The position numbers and the translations under genes are program-made. The notes under the pieces are model-generated. The model worked only from the letters and a program-made list of their open reading frames with translations, was not told the DNA's origin and did no database searches. A stretch of DNA of 64,000 nt, taken from the NCBI RefSeq assembly GCF_947490095.1, contig NZ_CANLFS010000001.1, positions 393,598-457,597 on the forward strand, read 5' to 3'. This DNA is from an uncultured Halomonas sp. GTDB taxonomy: Bacteria; Pseudomonadota; Gammaproteobacteria; Pseudomonadales; Halomonadaceae. Positions within the stretch are counted from its first letter, which is position 1, and the number at the start of each line of letters is the position of its first letter. Positions 1-9,424 of this stretch are shown here, piece after piece.

Positions 1-858
1 CTCGGCATCCTGGTGGTGCTGGCGGCGGTCTACATCACCTCGGCCATGACCGGCGTGCACAAGGGCATCCAGGTCCTGTCGCGCTTCAACGTCTTCCTGG
101 CCCTGGCGATTGCCGCGGTGATCCTGATCGCCGGCCCGACCCTGTACCTGGTCAACGCCTTCAGCCAAGGCTTCGGCGAGTACCTGTCCTCGTTCTTCAC
201 CATGGCCACCATGAGCGCCGAGACCGCGCCGGCCTGGTGGATGCAGTGGTGGACGGTGTTCTTCTTCGCCTGGTTTATCGGCTATGCACCGCTGATGGCC
301 ATCTTCGTGGCGCGCATCTCCCGCGGTCGTACCATCCGCGAGATGATTCTGGCCGTGGCGGTGATGGCGCCGGTCGCCACTACCATCTGGTTCACCCTGC
401 TGGGCGGTTCCGGCATCCACTACCAGCTGATCGGGGCGATCGACCTCACCGAAGCGCTGAACAACTTCCAGTTCGACGTGGCGACCCTGACCGTGGCCCA
501 GGCTCTGCCGGGTGGTTCCTTGATGGCATTGGCCATCCTGCTGCTGACCAGCATCTTCGTGGCGACCACCGGCGACTCCATGAGCTACGCCATCGCCGTG
601 GTATGCGCCGGCCACGATGCGCCGAGCCCGCTGGTTCGCGCCTTCTGGGGCTTCGCCATGGCGGTGATGGCGGGTATCCTGCTTTATATGGGCGCCGGAC
701 AGATCGGTGCGCTGCAGCAGTTTATCGTGATCACCGCGATTCCCGTCTCGCTGGTGCTGTTGCCTTCGCTGTGGGCCGGCCCCCAGGCCGCCTACGCCAT
801 GGCACGCGAGCAGGGAATCCTGTCGCCCAAGTCCATGGCGACCCCCAAGACCAGCTGA
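1..858 (+). CDS. BCCT-family osmolyte (betaine/choline/carnitine-type) transporter, C-terminal part; 5' end lies outside the window
   Basis: Frame 1 is open from base 1 (ORF track 13..858). The protein is polytopic and has a Trp-rich BCCT signature-like segment, APAWWMQWWTVFFFAWFIGYAPLMAIFVARISRGRTIREM. Confidence 0.9.
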   Translation, partial: LGILVVLAAVYITSAMTGVHKGIQVLSRFNVFLALAIAAVILIAGPTLYLVNAFSQGFGEYLSSFFTMATMSAETAPAWWMQWWTVFFFAWFIGYAPLMAIFVARISRGRTIREMILAVAVMAPVATTIWFTLLGGSGIHYQLIGAIDLTEALNNFQFDVATLTVAQALPGGSLMALAILLLTSIFVATTGDSMSYAIAVVCAGHDAPSPLVRAFWGFAMAVMAGILLYMGAGQIGALQQFIVITAIPVSLVLLPSLWAGPQAAYAMAREQGILSPKSMATPKTS

Positions 859-887
859 TTCGCTCCTGGCGATTCGGCATCATGCAA

Positions 888-920
888 GGGAGGCGCCCGG
901 TCGGGTGCCTCCTTTCTTGT
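888..920 (+). terminator. Rho-independent terminator candidate after the BCCT gene
   Basis: GGAGGCGCCC (889..898) pairs with GGGTGCCTCC (903..912, one G-U pair) across a 4-nt loop, followed by TTTCTTGT. Confidence 0.6.
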
Positions 921-1010
921 ATCTACGCCCTGGGGCATCTTGAGCCCGGGATGGTGTGAATATCATTGGACGCCCCGACCGGGGACATTCCTTACGCTGA
1001 GGGAGTCATC

Positions 1011-1721
1011 ATGAAGGTCATTTCTGCCTTGATTCTCGCCGTCGCCACCATCGTGGCGGCTTCATTCATTGGCGATGGTCTTACCGACCTGCGTACCGGC
1101 GACCGCTATGTCACCGTCAAGGGGCTGGCCGAGCGGGAGGTAAAGGCGGACCTCGCCCTCTGGCCGCTGCATTTCGTGGCCTCAGGCACGACCCTGGAGC
1201 AGGCCCGGGAAGAGGCTCGCACCAGCCGCGAGGCCATCCTGGCCTTTATCGAAGACCATGGCATCGATGCTCAGAAAGTCGAGCTCCAGCGCCTCAACGT
1301 CAACGACACCGCCGCCGACCCCTATAGCAGCGGCGATGCCGAACAACGCTTCATCATCAACCAGACCCTGATGGTACGCAGCACCGAGATCGAGCAGATT
1401 CGCGACACCGCCCAGGCGGTGGGCGAATTGCTCGACGCCGGCGTGGTGCTCTCCTCGAACTACGGTCCCAGCGGCCCGATCTATCTGTTCAACCGCCTGA
1501 ACGAGATCAAGCCGGAGATGATCGCCGAAGCCACGGCGGCGGCCCGGGATTCGGCCGAGCAGTTTGCCCACGACGCCAACGCCAGGATCGGCACCCTGCG
1601 TCGCGCCAATCAGGGGGTATTTGAAATACGCGCTCGCGACCAGGCGGCGGGCATCTCCGAGGGGCAGCAGCCGATCAAGACCGTCAGGGTCGTCACCACC
1701 ATCGAGTATTACCTCGACTAG
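1011..1721 (+). CDS. SIMPL (DUF541) domain periplasmic protein
   Basis: ORF 966..1721 (TTG start) trimmed to ATG 1011, which has GGGAG just upstream. N-terminal signal/anchor MKVISALILAVATIVAA. The body resembles SIMPL-family proteins (VTVKGLAEREVKADLALW, QTLMVRS, VRVVTTIEYYL). Confidence 0.8.
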   Translation: MKVISALILAVATIVAASFIGDGLTDLRTGDRYVTVKGLAEREVKADLALWPLHFVASGTTLEQAREEARTSREAILAFIEDHGIDAQKVELQRLNVNDTAADPYSSGDAEQRFIINQTLMVRSTEIEQIRDTAQAVGELLDAGVVLSSNYGPSGPIYLFNRLNEIKPEMIAEATAAARDSAEQFAHDANARIGTLRRANQGVFEIRARDQAAGISEGQQPIKTVRVVTTIEYYLD

Positions 1722-3262
1722 AGCGGCAACAGGCCGGCGAAGCGGACGCCGCTGAGCCGGGCCATCTCGTGCTTCCAGGTGGCCAGGTCGTCGACGCCGA
1801 AATCGGCCAGGCTGGCGTGACCACAGGCCCTCGCCATCACCTGCATCAGTGCCACCGAGGCCTGCAGGAAGCGTTCGAGCTGAGCGGCGGAGCGGTCGAC
1901 ATCGAGACGCTGGCGCAGGTCGCCGCGCTGGGTCGCGATGCCTGCCGGACAGTTGTTGGTATGGCAGATCCGCGCCGCCACACAGCCGATGGACTGCATG
2001 GCGCTGTTGGCCAGGGCGACCCCGTCGGCCCCCAGCGCCAGGGCCTTGACGAAGTCCATGGGCAGGCGCAGTCCGCCGGTAACGATCAGGGTCACGCGCC
2101 CGCTGGCGCCCTCGTCGTCCAGGTAGCGGCGCGCCCGAGCCAGGGCCGGAATGGTGGGCACACTGATATGGTCGCGGAACATCAAGGGCGCCGCCCCGGT
2201 GCCACCGCCGCGGCCATCGAGGATCAGGTAGTCGGCGCCGGCGTCGAGGGCGAACTGGATATCGCGCTCGATATGGTTGGCGCTGAGCTTGAAGCCTATC
2301 GGGATCCCCCCGGTGATCTCGCGCACCCGGTCGGCACAGCGGCGAAAATCATCGACCGAGTGCAGGTTCTCGAAGGTCGCCGGTGACACGGCGGGCTCCC
2401 CCTCCTTCAGGCCTCGTACCTCGGCGATCCTGGCCGACACCTTGCTGCCGGGCAGATAGCCCCCGGCGCCGGTCTTGGCCGCCTGGCCGCCCTTGAAGTG
2501 GAATGCCTGCACCCTCGCGAGCAGGTCCTCGTCGAAGCCGAACCGACCGCTGGCCAGTTCATGGAAGTAGCGGGAGTTCTCGGCCTGCTCCTCGGGCAGC
2601 ATGCCACCCTCGCCGGAACAGATGCCGGTACCCGCGCGCTCGGCACCCCGCGCCAGGGCGGTCTTGGCCTCCTCGGAGAGGGCCCCGAAGCTCATGTCGG
2701 AGACCAGCAGCGGCATCTCCAGGGTCAGCGGCTTCTGCGCCTCGGGGCCGACCACCAGCCGGGTCGCGACCGGGACGTCGTCGAGCAGCGGCCGAGTGGC
2801 CAGCTGCGCCGTCATCACCTGCAGGTCGTTCCAGTCGGGCAGGCTGTGGCGCGGCACGCCCATGGCATCGATGGGTCCCTGCGGCCCGACGCCGTCCAGC
2901 CCCTCCCGGGCCAGACGATGAATCAGCGCCACCGTGGGTTCCTCCTCGGTGGCCTTGGCCTCCGGCATCCGGTCGCCATGCGTTTTTTCGGGCGCCGGCG
3001 CCTCCTGCCCCACCTGCTCCTTGCTGAAATGCTGGTGGGTACTATCGCAATAGGGGGCATTGCCCGTCTGCTTGCACTGGCAGAGATAGGCCTCGCCATC
3101 CTGTTCGGCGGTAAAGATCAGCGGCGTGAAACCGGTCCCCTGGTGGGAACCATCACAGAACGGCTGGCCGCTGGAGCGGCCACAGCGGCAGAAGGCGTAC
3201 TCCTTGCCCTTCTCCAACATGACGTTTTTAGGCTTGTTGTCGGCGATGATCGGCTGGTTCAT
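1718..3262 (-). CDS. Glutamate-synthase-related FMN-binding (GltB central-domain-like) protein with two N-terminal CDGSH-type iron-sulfur motifs
   Basis: Residues 25-40, CRCGRSSGQPFCDGSH, fit the CDGSH pattern C-x-C-x2-S/T-x3-P-x-C-D-G-S/A/T-H. Residues 61-76, CQCKQTGNAPYCDSTH, are a variant. The C-terminal ~420 aa look like GltS-family TIM-barrel FMN proteins (DGRGGGTGAAP, TGGLRLPMDFVKALALGADGVALANSAM, CHTNNCPAGIATQ). Confidence 0.85.
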   Translation of the reverse strand: MNQPIIADNKPKNVMLEKGKEYAFCRCGRSSGQPFCDGSHQGTGFTPLIFTAEQDGEAYLCQCKQTGNAPYCDSTHQHFSKEQVGQEAPAPEKTHGDRMPEAKATEEEPTVALIHRLAREGLDGVGPQGPIDAMGVPRHSLPDWNDLQVMTAQLATRPLLDDVPVATRLVVGPEAQKPLTLEMPLLVSDMSFGALSEEAKTALARGAERAGTGICSGEGGMLPEEQAENSRYFHELASGRFGFDEDLLARVQAFHFKGGQAAKTGAGGYLPGSKVSARIAEVRGLKEGEPAVSPATFENLHSVDDFRRCADRVREITGGIPIGFKLSANHIERDIQFALDAGADYLILDGRGGGTGAAPLMFRDHISVPTIPALARARRYLDDEGASGRVTLIVTGGLRLPMDFVKALALGADGVALANSAMQSIGCVAARICHTNNCPAGIATQRGDLRQRLDVDRSAAQLERFLQASVALMQVMARACGHASLADFGVDDLATWKHEMARLSGVRFAGLLPL

Positions 3263-3301
3263 GAAAGGCTCCTGTGATCCGTGACCCGCGTGGCGAGCCC
3301 G

Positions 3302-3323
3302 CTGCCGGGTCCCTACCCGGCAG
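3302..3323 (-). terminator. Perfect 9-bp-stem hairpin downstream of the MscS-like gene (weak terminator candidate, no U-tract)
   Basis: CTGCCGGGT (3302..3310), loop CCCT, ACCCGGCAG (3315..3323). It lies 47 nt after the stop at 3370. Confidence 0.3.
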
Positions 3324-3369
3324 ACAGATGGCCCCTCTCAGTCTGGAAGAGGCCACGCAAAGCCGCCAA

Positions 3370-5055
3370 TCACTCAGCCGCGTCTTTCTCCGCGCCCTGG
3401 GTGAGGGCCACATCGTGGCGGCCGATGGCGACCACCTCACGGGGCCACCATTCGGGATGCTCGTCGCGGATAAAGGCCAGCAGCTTCTCGCGCAGGTTGT
3501 TCTCGGCGACCCAGCCGCCTACAGGCTCCCGGGTCATCAGATAGCACCTCACCTCGATCGTCGCCTCATGCTGGGCCGTCGCGTAACAGCACAGCTTGTC
3601 CGGCTCGACCACATCCGGCTCCTGCTCGGCCAGCTCGAGAAAGCGCTGGCGCAGGCACTCGATATCGGCGCTGACGTGCAGGGTCAGCACCACCTGGCCA
3701 TAGAGGCGCGCATCCTTGGCCGACAGGTTCTGAAAAGGCTGCGAGACGAAGTGCTTGACCGGCACGATCAGGCGCCGCCCATCCCAGCTGCGCAGGCGAA
3801 TAAAGGTGTAGAAGATGCCCTCGACGTAGCACCACTGCCCCTCGAATACCACCAGATCCCCCATCCGGATCGGCTTGGCCAGGGACACCTGGAAGGACGA
3901 CAGGATATTGCCCAGCACCGCCTGGCCGGCGATACCCACCAGCACCGTGAGCACACTGGCCGAGGCCAGCAACGACAGGCCCAGGGTGCCGAACAGGTCG
4001 ATCTCCGCCAGGATATAGACCGTCACGGCGATGACCGTGACCAGGATGATGCCGCGCCTGAGCGCGTAGAGCGAGGTCAACAGCTTGCGTTCATCCCGGT
4101 GGCGGGTGTCGTCGATCTCCCCCACCAGGCGCCGGGTCATTCGGTGCAGGAAGGTGTCCACCAGGCGCAGGGCGGCGAGGCCCATGCCCCAGGCCATGAT
4201 CACGACCAACAGGATGCGAAAGACGGCGGTCGCGACACCGGAGAACGACACCACGCCGTCCAGCAGTACCTGGGCCATCAGCGACATGGCGATAAAGGTC
4301 AGCGGTGCCGGTATTCGATGCACGAAGCGCTTCGCCGTGCCCGCCGGCAGCCAGCGGGCCAGGGCCTCGGTCAGCCGATACACCGCCCACCCCAGCAGGC
4401 CGACCAGCCCCAGGAAGACGGGAATCGCCAGCCACTCCCATAACCGCAGCATGCCCAGCGAGCGCTGGAACCGTTCGGGAATGTGCCGCTCGATCCAGGA
4501 GGACCCATAGGCCTCATACAGCACGGGAATAAACGCCAGCGTATCGGGGGTGATCAGCCACACCGGCTCCCGTTCGCCGACCCGATAGCGGGCGATGCGA
4601 ATCGCGTGGGACTCGCCCTCGGCCTCCAGCGAGGTGAGCAGAAGGTTGCGACGCGTCTGTCCCGTGCGGGGATGCTGACCCGACATATCCTCGACCATGG
4701 CATCGCGCCGGCTGGAGAGGTCCGAGGGCTGCAGCCAGTCCCCCCGCCGCAGCACCGAGGCCAGTTGACGCGCCAGCTCGCTGCCCCGGGCGGCCTGCTC
4801 CTCGACCGGCAGGTCGGCGAGATTGAGCAGGTGTGCCGCCGCCGAGTAGTTCTCCTCCCCGGTCAGGGTAAAGAAGCTGCGCAGCGCCCCACGGGGCGTT
4901 TGACGGCGCACCCCTTCAGGCGGCTCGCCGAGCCCGCTGTTGATCGCCTCGACGGAAAACCAGCGGCCCCCGCCACTCTCGGAGGATTGCGCCGCCGACG
5001 CGCCGGTCATCAACAGGCCGAGCAGCAGCAGGCACCACGCAAGATAGCGTCTCAT
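3370..5055 (-). CDS. MscS-family mechanosensitive ion channel with an N-terminal periplasmic domain
   Basis: ORF 3370..5064 (GTG) trimmed to ATG 5055 (MRRYLAWCLLLLGLLMTGASAAQ signal). Several TM helices are followed by an MscS beta-domain-like segment, PIRMGDLVVFEGQWCYVEGIFYTFIRLRSWDGRRLIVPVKHFVSQPFQNLS. Confidence 0.85.
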   Translation of the reverse strand: MRRYLAWCLLLLGLLMTGASAAQSSESGGGRWFSVEAINSGLGEPPEGVRRQTPRGALRSFFTLTGEENYSAAAHLLNLADLPVEEQAARGSELARQLASVLRRGDWLQPSDLSSRRDAMVEDMSGQHPRTGQTRRNLLLTSLEAEGESHAIRIARYRVGEREPVWLITPDTLAFIPVLYEAYGSSWIERHIPERFQRSLGMLRLWEWLAIPVFLGLVGLLGWAVYRLTEALARWLPAGTAKRFVHRIPAPLTFIAMSLMAQVLLDGVVSFSGVATAVFRILLVVIMAWGMGLAALRLVDTFLHRMTRRLVGEIDDTRHRDERKLLTSLYALRRGIILVTVIAVTVYILAEIDLFGTLGLSLLASASVLTVLVGIAGQAVLGNILSSFQVSLAKPIRMGDLVVFEGQWCYVEGIFYTFIRLRSWDGRRLIVPVKHFVSQPFQNLSAKDARLYGQVVLTLHVSADIECLRQRFLELAEQEPDVVEPDKLCCYATAQHEATIEVRCYLMTREPVGGWVAENNLREKLLAFIRDEHPEWWPREVVAIGRHDVALTQGAEKDAAE

Positions 5056-5158
5056 ATCGACCACTCCCTATCAGGCCAAGGCATCTCCCACCCGGTCACT
5101 CCGGGCCGGGCCCAGTGGCAGTACACCCCATGCGCGCCGCATCGTCTACCCGTCGGGA

Positions 5159-6082
5159 TCAGCCGTTATGCGCCGCGCCGGTACGCGCCCGACAGGGGCC
5201 GAACAGGCAGGCGGCAAGCAGGATCAGGCCCGCCACGGTCGCGATCATTCCCGCGGCGCTGAGCGAGACCTCGAAGCCCAGCCACAGCGGCGCCTCGCCG
5301 GCCAGCAGGTAGCCACTCACCGCCGCCAACAGGGCGAAACACTGGCTCCAGGCGATCTGGGCGCCGAGGCGATTGGTCATCAGCCGGGCGGCGGCGGCCG
5401 GGCAGATAAACATGGCGATCACGATGATCGAGCCCACCGCCTCGAAGGCGGCGATGGCCGCCACCGCCACCAGCGTCACCAGCAGCAGGTCCACCAGCGC
5501 CGGGCGGGCGCGCATGCTGGCGGCGAAATCCGGGTCGAAGGTGGACAGCACCAGCGGGCGGCGCATCACGATCACGAAGGCCACCACCGCCAGCGCCACC
5601 CAGGCGACGCGCCCCAGCTGGGGCGGCAGCTCGGCCAGGGCGGCCGGGTCGACCAGGGCGCCAAGGCCCACGCCCTCGAACCAGATCAGGCTCTCCAGGT
5701 TGCCGTAGAGGGCATGCTCGACGTCCAGGTGCACCCCGGCGGCGCCATGCCACTCCAGCAGCAGCACCCCCACGGCAAACAGGCTGGTAAACACCACGCC
5801 CATGGCCGCACTGCCCTCGACCCGCCCCAGGCGTCGGATCAGCTCGATCAGCGCCACCGTCACCAGGGCGGCGACCCCGGCGCCGAGCATCATGGCAAAC
5901 GACGCCAGGGTGCCGGTGATCAGGAAGCTGACCACGATCCCGGGCAGGGCCACATGGCTGATGGCATCGCCAATCAGGCTCTGGCGGCGCAGCACCAGAA
6001 AATTGCCGAGCAGTGCACAGGTCATCGAGATGATGATCGACACCGCGAGCGGCACCAGGCTAAACACCATGAACTCGTTCAT
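5159..6082 (-). CDS. Metal (Mn/Fe, Sit/Yfe-type) ABC transporter permease, second permease (ABC-3 family)
   Basis: Polytopic, with ABC-3 family features (LLGNFLVLRRQSLIGDAISHVALPGIV). Its start overlaps the upstream permease stop by 4 nt. Confidence 0.9.
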   Translation of the reverse strand: MNEFMVFSLVPLAVSIIISMTCALLGNFLVLRRQSLIGDAISHVALPGIVVSFLITGTLASFAMMLGAGVAALVTVALIELIRRLGRVEGSAAMGVVFTSLFAVGVLLLEWHGAAGVHLDVEHALYGNLESLIWFEGVGLGALVDPAALAELPPQLGRVAWVALAVVAFVIVMRRPLVLSTFDPDFAASMRARPALVDLLLVTLVAVAAIAAFEAVGSIIVIAMFICPAAAARLMTNRLGAQIAWSQCFALLAAVSGYLLAGEAPLWLGFEVSLSAAGMIATVAGLILLAACLFGPCRARTGAAHNG

Positions 6083-7287
6083 TGTACGACCTCCGCGGGC
6101 GGCAGCTCCGCCTCCAGGGCCATGATGGCATCCGCCGAGAGCACCTGGCCGATGGGCGTCAGCCCGGCATGCTCGCGATGCAGGGCATCATCCGGATAGC
6201 GCCGCCGATAGAGCGCCCAGAGCCGCTCCTCGTGCACGGCATCCCTGGCCACCGCCAGGCCCCTCGAGGTGGCGACCCCGTCGCGGCGCACCAGGCCGCG
6301 GCGGCGCAGCAGCGCCAGCGTGAGGCCGTCGAAGATGGGCTCGTCGCGCCCCAGGGCCAACAGCCCCTGGCGCAGATGCACCCGGCGACGCAGGCGACGA
6401 TAGGCAAGCAGCGATGCCAGCACGCCGCGGCGCGGCGAGAAGAGAAAGGAGACCAGGAACAGGGCGAAGGCCGCCAGCACGATCAGGGGCCCCGTCGGCA
6501 GCCCCTCACGCACGCTGGAGAGGGTCACCCCGAGATAGCCCGCCAGGGCCCCGAGCAGTGCGGCCAGGGCCACCATGCGCATGGGCTGGTCGGTCCAGAA
6601 GCGTGCCGCCACCGGCGGAATGATGGTCAACGCCACGATCAGGATCAGCCCGGTGACCTTGAGGCCGATCACCACGACCGCCATCAGCAGCACCAGCAAC
6701 AACAGGTCGAGCCTGCCGGTGTCGTAGCCCTGGGTGCGGGCGAAGGCCGGATCGAAGCACAGCAGCAGCAGGTCACGGCGCCATATCAACAGCGCCAGCA
6801 GCAACCCCATGGCGCACGCGGCGATCAAGAGCGCCTCGGAATAGAGCATGCCGGCGGTGGCTCCCACCAGGTAGCCGGTCAGACCCGACTGGCCGCGTAC
6901 CGAGAGCGACTGGATCACGGTGATCAGCACCACCCCGAAGGCGAAGAAGGTGGAAAGCACGGCGCCGATGGCGGCATCCTCGCCCAGCCGGGTGCGCTCG
7001 CCGATGCGCTGCACCATCCATAGTCCGATGCCGGCGCTGCCGGCGGCACCGACGAGCAGCGCCGGCAGTACGCGGCCATCCCCCTGCCACACGCCCATGA
7101 TCAGGAAGGCCAGCGCCAGCCCCGGCAAGGTGGAATGGCTGATGGCATCGCTCACCAGGGCACGCTTGCGCAAGAGCACGAAGCTGCCCACCATCCCCGC
7201 CGCCGCGGCCAGCAGCATGGCGCCTACGGTCACCAGGCTGGTGTTGTAGCCCAGCGTAAAGGTCAACGCCCGCCACCAGATCTCCAT
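6079..7287 (-). CDS. Metal (Mn/Fe, Sit/Yfe-type) ABC transporter permease, first permease, with a ~119-aa soluble C-terminal extension
   Basis: ORF 6079..7326 trimmed to ATG 7287 (MEIWWRAL), which overlaps the ATPase stop as TGATG. ABC-3 core (GSFVLLRKRALVSDAISHSTLPGLALAF). An Arg-rich non-membrane tail starts near SPRRGVLASLLAYRRL. Confidence 0.85.
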   Translation of the reverse strand: MEIWWRALTFTLGYNTSLVTVGAMLLAAAAGMVGSFVLLRKRALVSDAISHSTLPGLALAFLIMGVWQGDGRVLPALLVGAAGSAGIGLWMVQRIGERTRLGEDAAIGAVLSTFFAFGVVLITVIQSLSVRGQSGLTGYLVGATAGMLYSEALLIAACAMGLLLALLIWRRDLLLLCFDPAFARTQGYDTGRLDLLLLVLLMAVVVIGLKVTGLILIVALTIIPPVAARFWTDQPMRMVALAALLGALAGYLGVTLSSVREGLPTGPLIVLAAFALFLVSFLFSPRRGVLASLLAYRRLRRRVHLRQGLLALGRDEPIFDGLTLALLRRRGLVRRDGVATSRGLAVARDAVHEERLWALYRRRYPDDALHREHAGLTPIGQVLSADAIMALEAELPPAEVVQ

Positions 7288-8111
7288 CAGCGCCTCTCCG
7301 TCCCTTCTTGCCACTCTGCCTGCCACCCTGCCGGCGTCGGCTCGACCAGGCGTGCCAGCTGAACCGGGCTCAACCGCCCCCCGTAGGTGGCCTGCAGGTT
7401 ATCCTCGGTGAAGGCCTCGTCGACCGGGCCGGCCGCCACACGGCGGACGTTCATCAACAAGACATGATCGAAGTACTCGCGCACCGTGGCGAGATCATGG
7501 TGCACGCATAAAAGCGTTCGGCCCTCGTCACGCAGCGACTTCAGCACCTGGATGATGGCCGCCTCGGTGGCGGCATCGACCCCGGCGAAGGGTTCGTCGA
7601 GGATGGTCAGGTCGGCCTCCTGGACCAGCGCCCGGGCCAGGAAGACCCGCTGCTGCTGGCCACCGGACAGCTGCCCGATCTGACGCTCGGCGAAGCCCTC
7701 CATGCCGACCCGAACCAGGCTTTCCATGGCGCGCCGGCGCAGCTTCCGCGAGCCGAACTGCCACCAGCGCAGGTCACGATAGAGCCCCATGCCCACCACA
7801 TCGATGACGCGTGCCGGGAAATCCCAGTCGATGCTGGAGCGCTGGGGCACGAAGGCCAGGTGACGGGTCTCCTGCTCCAGGGGGCGGCCGAACACCCGCA
7901 CCTCGCCGGACAGTCGCCGGGTAATGCCCAGCGCCGCCTTGAGCAAGGTCGACTTGCCGGCACCATTGGGGCCGATGATCGCGCTCATGCTGCCCGGCGG
8001 CGTGACGAAATCCACCGAGTGCACCACCGGTCGATGATCGTAGCTGACCGTGACCCCCTGGAGCGCCAGGGGACTGGCGATCACCGCCTTGCCGAGTAGT
8101 GAATCGGGCAT
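7287..8111 (-). CDS. Metal ABC transporter ATP-binding protein
   Basis: Walker [10 protein letters not shown], signature LSGGQQQR, Walker B LTILDEP. It sits between the binding-protein and permease genes. Confidence 0.92.
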   Translation of the reverse strand: MPDSLLGKAVIASPLALQGVTVSYDHRPVVHSVDFVTPPGSMSAIIGPNGAGKSTLLKAALGITRRLSGEVRVFGRPLEQETRHLAFVPQRSSIDWDFPARVIDVVGMGLYRDLRWWQFGSRKLRRRAMESLVRVGMEGFAERQIGQLSGGQQQRVFLARALVQEADLTILDEPFAGVDAATEAAIIQVLKSLRDEGRTLLCVHHDLATVREYFDHVLLMNVRRVAAGPVDEAFTEDNLQATYGGRLSPVQLARLVEPTPAGWQAEWQEGTERR

Positions 8112-8114
8112 GGG

Positions 8115-9116
8115 TCATTCCTCCTCGTCGGTATGGGGCGCATCCATGCCCAGGCGGCCCTGCCAGCCGGCCTCCGGCGCGTCGCCGCCCAGGGCCCGGG
8201 CGATAGTGGTGATGTTGTGGTCGAGCATCCCCAGCCAACTCCCTTCATAGCTGCCTTCCGGTCCCATGGCATCGGAGAAGAGCTCGCCGCCGATGCGCAC
8301 CTCGTGGCCCACGGCGGCGCTGCCCTCGATCAGCGCGCGGATGCTGCGCTCCGATACCGAGGTCTCCACGAAGATGGCGCCGATCTCGCGCTCGACCAGC
8401 AGATCGACCAGGGTCTCGATGCGCGAGAGCCCCGCCTCGCTCTCGGTGGAAAACCCTTGAATGCCCATTACCTCAAGCGCATAGGCCTCGCCAAAATAAC
8501 CGAAGGCGTCGTGGGCAGTGACCAGCGCGCGGGAGGTGTCGGGAATGCTGGCCAGGACCTTGCGAGCATAGGCATCCAGATCATCGAGTTCTTCCAGGTA
8601 GGCCTCGGCACGAGCCTCGAAGGCATCGCTGCCCTCGGGGTCCAGCTCGACAAGGGCGTCGCGCGCCGCCATTACCGCATGGCGCCAGCGGCCGGGATCC
8701 ATCCAGATATGGGGGTCGGGCTGGTCGGCGTAATCCTCGTCGGCGAGCAGCACCTCTCGAGGCACCGCCTCGCCCACGGCAAAGACGGGGCTACGCTTGC
8801 CCAGCCGCCCCAGCAGCTCGGCAAGCTGCACCTCGAGGTTCAAACCGTTCCAGAACACGGCATCGGCGCGGCTCATGGCGACCACATCACTGCGGGTCTG
8901 GCGATAGAGATGCGGGTCGACGCCCGGCCCCATCAGCCCCTGGACCTCAACCCGTTCGCCACCGATCTGGCTTACAATATCGGCGACCATGCCGGTGGTC
9001 GCCACCAGATTGAGGCGTGCGTCGGCGAAGGCCGGCACGCCGGTCAACATCAGCGAAAGCCCCAGCAGGGAGGCGAATCGATGGCAGAATCTCGGCACGG
9101 AAGGCTCCTGAATCAT
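8115..9116 (-). CDS. Metal ABC transporter substrate-binding protein (TroA/PsaA/SitA cluster A-I type)
   Basis: ORF 8115..9122 (TTG) trimmed to ATG 9116. Signal peptide ends AFADA. Family motifs are present: GPGVDPHLY, DPHIWMDP, LVTAHDAFGYFGEAY. No His-rich ZnuA-type loop, and the operon has two permeases, which favours a Sit/Yfe/Mnt type over Znu. Confidence 0.85.
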   Translation of the reverse strand: MIQEPSVPRFCHRFASLLGLSLMLTGVPAFADARLNLVATTGMVADIVSQIGGERVEVQGLMGPGVDPHLYRQTRSDVVAMSRADAVFWNGLNLEVQLAELLGRLGKRSPVFAVGEAVPREVLLADEDYADQPDPHIWMDPGRWRHAVMAARDALVELDPEGSDAFEARAEAYLEELDDLDAYARKVLASIPDTSRALVTAHDAFGYFGEAYALEVMGIQGFSTESEAGLSRIETLVDLLVEREIGAIFVETSVSERSIRALIEGSAAVGHEVRIGGELFSDAMGPEGSYEGSWLGMLDHNITTIARALGGDAPEAGWQGRLGMDAPHTDEEE

Positions 9117-9424
9117 GGTCAAGACGGCATACGAACAACAATGTTAGCTTATATAATAACGCGAATTACTACGATTTGTAGTCGACCGCATTGGCTACCA
9201 TATCAGACAAGCTCGTCGCTTTCCCTCGACGTCGATCGCGCCCCCCTTCTCGCCTTGACCCTGGCGGCGCTGCATGCCGACCAGCCCGAACTCATCATCG
9301 GCCTGGAGATGCTGCCCCGCAGCGCCTGGGGTTGCTGCCACGGGTGGTCGCTCGCCAGGGGGCATGGCATCATGGCGGCCCCTTGACCACCCGACTTGAC
9401 CACCCGAGAGGATACCGAGACGCC

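Noticed and set aside
9142-9161. Fur/Zur/MntR-type operator in the AT-rich region upstream of the Sit/Yfe-type operon (TGTTAGCTTATATAATAACG).
   Set aside because: Only 4-bp arms (GTTA/TAAC) plus a central TATA are symmetric (12/20 self-complementary positions). The spacing does not fit the Fur, Zur or MntR consensus boxes I can recall. It is a plausible promoter/operator region but not a supportable site call without a PWM scan.
9191-9424. Long N-terminal extensions offered by the ORF track: glutaredoxin-like 9191, trpF 54707, moaA 38510, methyltransferase 14229, leuC 60313, folC 50492, accD 51510, yceI 44451, mobA 42141.
   Set aside because: The extensions are Arg/Pro/Gly-rich and overlap upstream genes. 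Internal ATG/GTG codons preceded by good Shine-Dalgarno sequences give N-termini that match known homologues, so the CDS starts were trimmed accordingly.
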